DNA of 64,000 bases from contig JBOEGD010000018.1 in NCBI GenBank assembly GCA_050633245.1, forward strand, positions 160,001 through 224,000, read 5' to 3'. A program made the position numbers and the translations under genes. Source of the stretch: Calditrichia bacterium. Lineage in GTDB: Bacteria > Calditrichota > Calditrichia > RBG-13-44-9 > J075. The notes under the pieces are model-generated. The model was not told the DNA's origin and ran no database searches. It saw only the letters and a program-made list of their open reading frames with translations. Position 1 is the first letter of the stretch. Each line of letters begins with the position of its first letter. This document shows, piece after piece, positions 56,863-64,000 of the stretch.

Positions 56863-58124
56863 ATATTATATTTTTTTCGGATATCACGAAGTTCAGCTAA
56901 AATGGGGTCTTCTTCGAGCACAGGCTTTTGAAGCTGTTTTAAGTCCTTAACAAGTTTTGAAAGTTTTTTCTTTTGGTTATCTGTTCTTGATTCCGGGGAC
57001 TCCTTAAGAATTTTTCGATAATCCTCCAACTTCTTATTTAGGTCTGGCTTATGGACACCAGTATTAAAATAGTCTTCATCGAGAAGAATGTCTTCAGCAG
57101 AATACCACTCTGAATTAGGCAAATCCGTTATTGCTTCGATACGATTATTGTTTCGTTTAAAACTTATTATTTCCTCTGCCTTCGCGCCAAGGGTTAATAA
57201 TGGGCTATGTGTTGTCATAAGAAGTTGAACCTTTGGAAAAAGCTTTTTGAGCTTTAGAGGGAGGGTTGCCTGTAATTCGGGATGTAAATGCTGTTCAAGT
57301 TCATCAATAAGCAGGATTCCGTGAATATCGCCATTTTCATCGATAGCGTCCGCTCGCATTGCCCAAGCGTAAAAGTCCATAATCCAGGTAAAAGTTTTCA
57401 AATATCCATCTGCCCAGGCATTAAGAGGAATATCGATGCCTGTTGAAGGGGTGCTTATGATAATGCCCCCTCCTTTGGGGAGTTTAATCGAGTCTTTGGT
57501 TTTTAATCCCAAAACATTTTTAATTTTTTTGAGTATAGATTTGTAAAAAGCTGAATCTCTAAAATCCTGAAGTCTTCTAAGCGTCAATTCTGTATCAATC
57601 AAGGGAGTGGAATAATCAAATAAAGTTGATACAGAGTCGGCTATTCTATACGGACGAAAATTATCTGAACTTGCCCCTGAGCGGCCGGCTCCATAAGCAC
57701 ATACAAACAAGTCGGAGGATTGCAGATACTCGGCTGTGTCTTCTTTTATCTGAAGATGTTCCCCGCCTACAAGAGTTTCCCGAGAAATACCCGAAACAAC
57801 ACTTTTACCTGATACGTTTTTTAAGAATGCTTTATGAATTATTTTGTCACTAAAGCCATATTTGCATATCGTGATAGTGATTAATGCTTCTTCTGAGCCT
57901 TCACGAATAAGTGCGCCGATATCTTCTGCCAATAATGCATTACCATCAGCTGCGTCGCATAAACCAATAACGATTGACCTGAGCAGCGTCGTTTTTCCGG
58001 TACCGTTTTTTCCGATAAATAACGTTTGTGTCGGCGTCTTTTGGGATTCCTTGTCTCCCAGAACCAGATGCAGGTCTTTAAAGCCACGAATGTTCTTCAA
58101 AGATATTTCAGAAATATAGGCCAT
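56859..58124 (-). CDS. ABC/AAA_21-type ATPase, PtuA-like
   Basis: NIRGF, Walker A GKNGTGKTT, YGAGR, ADGY signature, Walker B LLIDELEQHLHP, TTHSP. Confidence 0.85.
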   Translation of the reverse strand: MAYISEISLKNIRGFKDLHLVLGDKESQKTPTQTLFIGKNGTGKTTLLRSIVIGLCDAADGNALLAEDIGALIREGSEEALITITICKYGFSDKIIHKAFLKNVSGKSVVSGISRETLVGGEHLQIKEDTAEYLQSSDLFVCAYGAGRSGASSDNFRPYRIADSVSTLFDYSTPLIDTELTLRRLQDFRDSAFYKSILKKIKNVLGLKTKDSIKLPKGGGIIISTPSTGIDIPLNAWADGYLKTFTWIMDFYAWAMRADAIDENGDIHGILLIDELEQHLHPELQATLPLKLKKLFPKVQLLMTTHSPLLTLGAKAEEIISFKRNNNRIEAITDLPNSEWYSAEDILLDEDYFNTGVHKPDLNKKLEDYRKILKESPESRTDNQKKKLSKLVKDLKQLQKPVLEEDPILAELRDIRKKYNI

Positions 58125-58235
58125 TATTATCTTTCATGTTTTTCTGAACCTTTCCCATAATAGGCTTTTTGTAATGCAAAATCAATTCCAACTTTCCTAT
58201 TGTCAATCGAAATTGCAAATTCTTTACTGGCATTT

Positions 58236-58250
58236 ATGAACAGTGTTCAT
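58236..58250. promoter_or_regulatory. palindromic operator upstream of the fatty-acid operon
   Basis: ATGAAC-AGT-GTTCAT. Confidence 0.5.
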
Positions 58251-58312
58251 TATCTTGAAAAATCGAACGCGTAGTCAAATAAATGTTTTACCCAGACCCA
58301 CCGGAGGCAACA

Positions 58313-60124
58313 ATGGCAGATAAATATATTCGCATGGAAGAACTAAAATTTTTACTCCATGAGGTTCACAGTCTTGAGGAACTACTGCAGCACGAGCGAT
58401 TTCAGGATTATGACTCTGAGTCCATTGACATTCTTTTGCAGTCCGTTAAAGAATTTGCCGACACCGAGATGTTCCCATATATCCAGGAAATGGATGAGAA
58501 GCCCGCCCGCTATGAAGACGGCAAAATTATTGTTCACCCGCAGATAAAGACCATGATGGAACAGGGTGGAGAAATGGGTCTGATTGGCGCCACTTTCGAT
58601 GAGGCCGACGGCGGAATGCAGCTTCCAACAACGGTTGATGTGCTGGCACATACCATTATGGAGTCTGCAAACAATCACATGACCGGCTACATTGGTCTAA
58701 CCGCCGGTGCCGCGCATTTGATCGCTTCTTTTGGCAGCGACGAACTGAAAGAACGTTTTATTCCAGACATGCTCGCAGGTAAATGGGGCGGGACCATGGC
58801 GCTTACCGAGCCACAGGCCGGTAGTTCACTGTCCGATATCACGACTTCAGCAACTCCCAATGAAGATGGTTCTTACAACATCATCGGGCAGAAGATATTT
58901 ATCTCCGGCGGCGATCATGAATACAGCGAAAACTTTGTTCATCTAACGCTGGTTCGCATTGATGGTGCACCAGCCGGAACGAAAGGCATTTCACTCTTCG
59001 CAATTCCAAAAAATCGCAAGACAGCTGACGGCACTTTGGAATGGAATGATGTGGTTACGGCAGCAGACTTCCAAAAAATGGGGCAGCGCGGCTATTGCAC
59101 GACGCACCTCTCGTTTGGCGAGAACAATGATTGTCGCGGTTGGCTTGTAGGGCAGCCAAATCGTGGACTAAGCTATATGTTTCAGATGATGAACGGCGCT
59201 CGCATTGCTGTAGGCAATTCCGCAACCAGTGTAACGATCGCCGCCTACTACGCATCATTGCAGTATGCGCTTGAGCGTCCGCAGGGACGCCGCCTGAGCA
59301 ATGGTGGAAGCAAAGATTTGAATCAAGATCAAACGTTGATTATCAATCACCCGGATGTACGACGCATGCTGCTACTTCAGAAATCCATCTGGATGGGGGC
59401 ACTAAGCCTGGTTCTGCAAGCGGCGCGCTATCAGGACATGAAGAGCGTTACTGATGGTGATGAGAAAGAAATGTACGACCTGCTGTTGGAAATTCTGACC
59501 CCTATTGCTAAAACATTTCCTTCCGAGATGGGGCAAGTTGCAGTAAGCAATGGTGTGCAGGTGCTTGGTGGCTACGGATATTGCACCGATTTCATTCTGC
59601 AACAGTATTATCGCGACGTACGTATTATGGCGATTTATGAGGGAACTACCGGAATACAATCTTTGGATTTACTCGGTCGAAAGATCACCATGCATAATGG
59701 TAAAGCCATGAAGCTGCTGGCCAAACAAATGATGGAAACCATCAGTGAAGCAACGACTTATGATGAATTGAAACCATATGCCGCAGATCTGGGTGAGAAG
59801 CTCGCCTTAAATAAGCAGGTTCTGGAAACGCTGATTCCGTTTGCTGTTGAAGGCGACCATGAACGCTTTCTTGCCGACGCTTCTGTTTATATGGAATTCC
59901 TGTCTACCCTTGTTGTGGGCTGGCAGTGGTTGAAGATGGCCACGACGGCAAAACGTGCTGAAGTGCTGGGCACAAAGGCATCGACAGAGGACATTTATGA
60001 GGGAGCGATTCATACCATGCGTTTTTACTTCAAATATGAGATGACCAAAACCACCGGATTGGCGCAAACATTAATGGATCCAAATGTCCTGACCGTTCTT
60101 TCTTCAAAAGAAATGATTCAATAA
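58313..60124 (+). CDS. acyl-CoA dehydrogenase (long FadE5-like type)
   Basis: GTMALTEPQAGSSL, GQKIFISGGDH, GTKGISLF, QVLGGYGY, IYEGTTGIQ; GGAGG SD. Confidence 0.95.
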   Translation: MADKYIRMEELKFLLHEVHSLEELLQHERFQDYDSESIDILLQSVKEFADTEMFPYIQEMDEKPARYEDGKIIVHPQIKTMMEQGGEMGLIGATFDEADGGMQLPTTVDVLAHTIMESANNHMTGYIGLTAGAAHLIASFGSDELKERFIPDMLAGKWGGTMALTEPQAGSSLSDITTSATPNEDGSYNIIGQKIFISGGDHEYSENFVHLTLVRIDGAPAGTKGISLFAIPKNRKTADGTLEWNDVVTAADFQKMGQRGYCTTHLSFGENNDCRGWLVGQPNRGLSYMFQMMNGARIAVGNSATSVTIAAYYASLQYALERPQGRRLSNGGSKDLNQDQTLIINHPDVRRMLLLQKSIWMGALSLVLQAARYQDMKSVTDGDEKEMYDLLLEILTPIAKTFPSEMGQVAVSNGVQVLGGYGYCTDFILQQYYRDVRIMAIYEGTTGIQSLDLLGRKITMHNGKAMKLLAKQMMETISEATTYDELKPYAADLGEKLALNKQVLETLIPFAVEGDHERFLADASVYMEFLSTLVVGWQWLKMATTAKRAEVLGTKASTEDIYEGAIHTMRFYFKYEMTKTTGLAQTLMDPNVLTVLSSKEMIQ

Positions 60125-60885
60125 TGACTAATTTCGATTTTAGCGATAAGGTTGTTCTGATAACCGGCGCCGGCTCCGGTATCGGTCGCGCAGCGGCCAT
60201 TGCTTTTGCCCGGGCCGGAGCGAAGGTTATGGCCACCGACATCAATGGCGACTCGGCTGCCAAAACTGTTGCAGATATTGTTGCTGATGGCAGCCAGGCG
60301 TTTTCAGCTACACTCGATGTTGCCAATCATGCGGATGTAAAAAAAACTGTCGAAGCGACGGTTGCACAACTTGGTCGTCTTGACATTGCTCTGAATAACG
60401 CTGGTATTGGCGGTGAGGTTCGTCGAACTTCTGATGTTACACTGGAAGATTGGGATCGCGTAATAGCTGTGAATCAAACCGGTGTTTTCTACTGTATGCG
60501 TGAAGAACTAAAGCAGATGCAGCAGCAGGAAAGCGGCGTAATCGTTAACGTTGCCTCGATCGCCGGAATGAAGGCGCTTCCCAAACAAATGGCCTATACG
60601 GCAAGCAAGCATGCGGTTATTGGTATGACGAAAGCCGCTGCTCTGGAATACGCTCAACGCAATATCCGTATCAATGCGGTTTGTCCGGTATTCACCCGTT
60701 CTGCATTGCTGGAAGAGCTTTTTTCTCATCGCGAAGGAATTGAGCAACAATTACTGCGTGGTATTCCGGTCGGGCGCTTCGGCGAACCTGCAGATATCGT
60801 CAATGCTATTCTTTGGCTTTCTGCGGAACAGTCTTCCTTTATTACAGGACTCAGTTTACCTGTTGATGGCGGACAAACCGCTTAG
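60124..60885 (+). CDS. SDR-family oxidoreductase
   Basis: TGAGSGIG, NNAG, YTASK, VDGG. Confidence 0.95.
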   Translation: MTNFDFSDKVVLITGAGSGIGRAAAIAFARAGAKVMATDINGDSAAKTVADIVADGSQAFSATLDVANHADVKKTVEATVAQLGRLDIALNNAGIGGEVRRTSDVTLEDWDRVIAVNQTGVFYCMREELKQMQQQESGVIVNVASIAGMKALPKQMAYTASKHAVIGMTKAAALEYAQRNIRINAVCPVFTRSALLEELFSHREGIEQQLLRGIPVGRFGEPADIVNAILWLSAEQSSFITGLSLPVDGGQTA

Positions 60886-60966
60886 ACTTCCTTGCACCTT
60901 TCGGTTTTTTTTGTAGCTTAGACTATCGACTTTTCTTTTGTGCACTTATTCTAAAGGAATTCCACT

Positions 60967-62514
60967 ATGCTCAATCTTTCCGTTATTCTGGAAGATAGCG
61001 CTCGTCGCTATCCAGATAGTTCCGCGTTTACTTTCGGCGATACCACGCTCAACTTTATGCAGATAAATGCAGCTGCCAATCAGGTCGCTAATGGCCTGAT
61101 AAGTCGTGGAATAAAACCAGGGGATAAGGTTGCACTAAGTTGTTTAAACCTGCCCTATTTTCCCATCGTTTATTTTGGCATTCTTAAAGCCGGCGCCGCG
61201 GTTGTGCCGCTAAGCGTGCTGTTAAAAAAAGATGAGATTGCCTATCACCTGAAAGATAGCGATGCGAAGGCCTACTTCTGCTTTGTGGGAACAGAAGATT
61301 TGCCGATGGGCAGTATGGGATACGCCGGCTTTCAAGAAGCTGATGCATGCGAGCAATTTTACATGATCATGCCTACTCCTGACATGCCATCACCAATTGA
61401 AGGGGCTGCCACGCTCGCATCCTTAATGACGGGGCAACCCCCAACCTGTGATGTCGTTGAAACTGCTGCCGATGATACTGCATTAATCATCTACACCTCC
61501 GGGACAACCGGTACGCCAAAAGGAGCCGAGTTAACCCACACCGGTTTGCTGACAAATGCGATTCTCTCTGCCGAACTGATGCAGCTGCTAAAGGATGACA
61601 GGCAGTTGATCGTACTGCCGCTATTCCATATTTTTGCCATGACTGTGCTGATGAACGCCGGCATCTACCGTGGAGCGCATAGCGTACTGCTGCCTCGTTT
61701 TGATGCAAAGGCCGTTTTTGGACTTCTTCAAAAACATCAAATTACAATATATGCCGGCGTACCAACTATGTATTGGGGACTGCTGAACTACACGGCTGAT
61801 GACTTTGATTATGATGCGATCAGCAAAAACCTACGCATCTGTGTTTCCGGTGGCGCTTCATTGCCGGTTACTGTTCTGGAAGATTTTGAAAAGCGTTTTA
61901 ACGTGCCGATTCTGGAAGGCTACGGAATGTCTGAAGGCTCTCCGGTTGTTACGTTCAACCACCTGTACCAAGAGCGTAAGCCCGGCTCTATCGGAACGCC
62001 GGTTTGGGGTTGCGAAGTGAAGCTGGTAGATGATAATGACAATGAAGTTCCTGTTGGCGAAAAGGGTGAGCTGCTTTATCGCGGGCCAAATGTTATGAAG
62101 GGCTACTACAAAAAGCCGGAAGCCAATGCAGAGACACTGAGAGGCGGCTGGCTGCATTCCGGTGATGTTGCGGTAAAAGATGAAGATGGTTACTTTTATA
62201 TTGTTGATCGTACCAAAGATATGATTATTCGCGGAGGTCTGAATATCTATCCTCGTGAGGTTGAGGACGTGATGATGAAGCATGAGGCCGTTTCAATGGT
62301 AGCTGTTGTTGGCATGCCACACGACGAGTTTGGTGAAGAAGTGAAGGCCTTTGTGGTGTTGAAAGACGGCACCTCGGTTTCTGATGAGACACTCATCGCA
62401 TGGACAAAGGAGCATATCGCTGCCTATAAGTATCCCCGGGAAGTGGCAATTGTGGACGCCTTACCAATGAGTGCTACCGGTAAGATCCTCAAAAAAGAGC
62501 TACGACGTATCTGA
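60967..62514 (+). CDS. long-chain-fatty-acid--CoA ligase (FadD/LcfA-like)
   Basis: YTSGTTGTPKG, EGYGMSE, GWLHSGD, DRTKDMIIRGG.NIYPREVE, TGKILK. Confidence 0.95.
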   Translation: MLNLSVILEDSARRYPDSSAFTFGDTTLNFMQINAAANQVANGLISRGIKPGDKVALSCLNLPYFPIVYFGILKAGAAVVPLSVLLKKDEIAYHLKDSDAKAYFCFVGTEDLPMGSMGYAGFQEADACEQFYMIMPTPDMPSPIEGAATLASLMTGQPPTCDVVETAADDTALIIYTSGTTGTPKGAELTHTGLLTNAILSAELMQLLKDDRQLIVLPLFHIFAMTVLMNAGIYRGAHSVLLPRFDAKAVFGLLQKHQITIYAGVPTMYWGLLNYTADDFDYDAISKNLRICVSGGASLPVTVLEDFEKRFNVPILEGYGMSEGSPVVTFNHLYQERKPGSIGTPVWGCEVKLVDDNDNEVPVGEKGELLYRGPNVMKGYYKKPEANAETLRGGWLHSGDVAVKDEDGYFYIVDRTKDMIIRGGLNIYPREVEDVMMKHEAVSMVAVVGMPHDEFGEEVKAFVVLKDGTSVSDETLIAWTKEHIAAYKYPREVAIVDALPMSATGKILKKELRRI

Positions 62515-62538
62515 TAGTCATCACTTGCTAAATGTTTT

Positions 62539-62588
62539 AAGTCCCCGTATGTTATGGTTCTACTAACCAGATATACGGGGACTTTTTT
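62539..62588 (+). terminator. intrinsic terminator after the CoA ligase
   Basis: AAGTCCCCGTATGT...ATATACGGGGACTT followed by a T-run. Confidence 0.75.
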
Positions 62589-64000
62589 ATGCGTCTAATG
62601 ATAATGCTCTTTGTTGCCCTAGTTCTATTTTCTTCCTGTAAACCCACAATGGTCGACACAATGGAGAGAGACCTCCGTCGTGCGCTGCTGGATCCTGATT
62701 CCAGTGGACGTCTGCTGGTCGATTTACATGTACGCCAGGCGGAAACGAATCGTCCGATAGAAGGTGCTATTCTCTATCTAAAGAACGAACGGGTAGCCTC
62801 AAGGAGTGATTTAAAAGGAAAAGTGTATTTCCGAGGCCGGACGATGGATGAGCTATTAGCCGATACGTTAGTAGTAACAGCTAAGAATCATACGACACAG
62901 CGTTTCAGCATGCGTGATGTGTTGGGGAAATCCGAAACAGATACTTTTGCCGATACAGCACTTTTTCTTCCCTACAATGCAGACCTGGTGAACCCGGTGG
63001 AAGCAGCGATGCAGTTTACCAAAGCAGATACGCTGCGCGGCAGCTATGGAGCGCTTCGCATTAACACGGATATAAAGCATTATGATTTACGGATTCGTCT
63101 TGATGTTGAGAAGAAATATCTCTCAGGAAATAACGTAATCACCTTTTTAATGTTGCGACCGGCAACGCGCATTCAGATCGATCTCTTCGACAACATGGCG
63201 GTAGACAGTATTTTATTCAATGGAGAAAAACTCAGTTATAAGAGGAAATTTAATGCGGTATTTGTCGATTTCCCGCAACAACTTCAGATTGGCATGACCT
63301 ACAGCATTGATTTTCATTATTCGGGACATCCACTTGAAACCGGGCGCTTTGGTGGAATTGCCTACAAGGCCGACTCGCTTGGGAATCCCTGGATTTACAC
63401 GGCGTGTCAGGGCACTGGCGCCAGCCTTTGGTGGCCGAACAAAGACCAGGCCCCAGATGAGCCAGACAGCATGCGAATGCGGGTTATTGTACCTTCAGAT
63501 CTCGTAGATGCTTCAAACGGCAGGCTGCAAAAAGTAACCGACCTCGGTGACGGAACCAGCGAATACGATTGGAAAATTCACTATCCGATAAACAACTATT
63601 GCGTTTCGCTGAACATTGGAAAATATACGCACTATGAGGAATCGCTGGGAGATGTTAGCATTGATTATTATGTGCAGCCCTATCATCTGGAGCAGGCAAA
63701 ACGTCAGTTTGCCCAGGTTAAACCGATGCTAAAATGTTTTGAAGAAAAGTTTGGTCCCTATCCATTTCCCAAAGATGGCTTTAAGCTAATCGAAGTGCCA
63801 TATTCCGGAATGGAACATCAAAGTGCCGTAACCTATGGGAATCTGTTTAAGAACGGTTATCTGGGGCGAGACTGGACCGGCGTGGGTGTGAGCATGAAGT
63901 TTGACTTTATTATAATTCACGAATCCGGGCATGAGTGGTTTGGCAACAGTATAACTGCAAATGACGTTTCCGATGCCTGGATTCAGGAAGGTTGGACAAC
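62589..64000 (+). CDS. M1-family Zn aminopeptidase, likely lipoprotein; runs off the window end and is absent from the ORF track
   Basis: My translation: MRLMIMLFVALVLFSSC (lipobox-like), TLRG, GMEHQS, HESGHEWFGN (HExxH at 63918), WIQEG. Confidence 0.9.
   Translation, partial: MRLMIMLFVALVLFSSCKPTMVDTMERDLRRALLDPDSSGRLLVDLHVRQAETNRPIEGAILYLKNERVASRSDLKGKVYFRGRTMDELLADTLVVTAKNHTTQRFSMRDVLGKSETDTFADTALFLPYNADLVNPVEAAMQFTKADTLRGSYGALRINTDIKHYDLRIRLDVEKKYLSGNNVITFLMLRPATRIQIDLFDNMAVDSILFNGEKLSYKRKFNAVFVDFPQQLQIGMTYSIDFHYSGHPLETGRFGGIAYKADSLGNPWIYTACQGTGASLWWPNKDQAPDEPDSMRMRVIVPSDLVDASNGRLQKVTDLGDGTSEYDWKIHYPINNYCVSLNIGKYTHYEESLGDVSIDYYVQPYHLEQAKRQFAQVKPMLKCFEEKFGPYPFPKDGFKLIEVPYSGMEHQSAVTYGNLFKNGYLGRDWTGVGVSMKFDFIIIHESGHEWFGNSITANDVSDAWIQEGWT

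Noticed and set aside
58228-58243. sigma54 promoter (TGGCAT) before the acyl-CoA dehydrogenase
   Set aside because: No -12 GC at the required spacing
58125-58312. Retron ncRNA (msr-msd) upstream of the PtuA-like ATPase
   Set aside because: Short divergent-promoter region with no a1/a2 inverted repeats visible and no reverse transcriptase in the window
62868-63507. Short ORFs 62868-63080 (-) and 63307-63507 (+)
   Set aside because: Shadow ORFs inside the M1 aminopeptidase frame that runs off the window end
1-64000. Many 60-160 aa antisense or alternate-frame ORFs; CRISPR arrays, tRNA/rRNA, IS elements
   Set aside because: The short ORFs overlap well-supported genes and have no motifs; no repeat-spacer array, RNA gene or transposase was recognised by eye

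Overview
About 39 kb (1-39328) is a near-complete, co-oriented flagellar supercluster from a diderm bacterium. It has P and L rings, FlhF/FlhG, two MotA/MotB pairs that both look Na+-type, a sigma54 response regulator, FliA and two clear sigma54 promoters. Flagellin, fliD, fliS, flgM and che genes are not in the window. Directly after flgL is a 13-kb glycan-modification island (39355-52315): a Fem/GNAT-like acyltransferase, two sulfotransferases, two PLP aminotransferase-like proteins, a 2135-aa methyltransferase-GT2-TPR-sulfotransferase-GT2-GT4-GT2-TPR fusion, and a GT2-TPR protein. This island is the best candidate for an undescribed system, a sulfated flagellar glycan assembly line. Between fliA and flgF is a PAS/H-box protein whose ATP-binding domain looks degenerate, paired with a GAF protein. 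The last 12 kb is accessory: a Xis-like HTH protein, a GHL10 hydrolase, DoxX, a TetR/AhpD pair with visible operators, a Septu-like ATPase+HNH defence pair, a fatty-acid catabolic operon and a truncated M1 aminopeptidase. Canonical sigma70 and Shine-Dalgarno signals argue against Bacteroidota; an FCB-group lineage such as Calditrichota, Marinisomatota or KSB1 is only a guess. All calls come from reading motifs by eye; no database searches were run.
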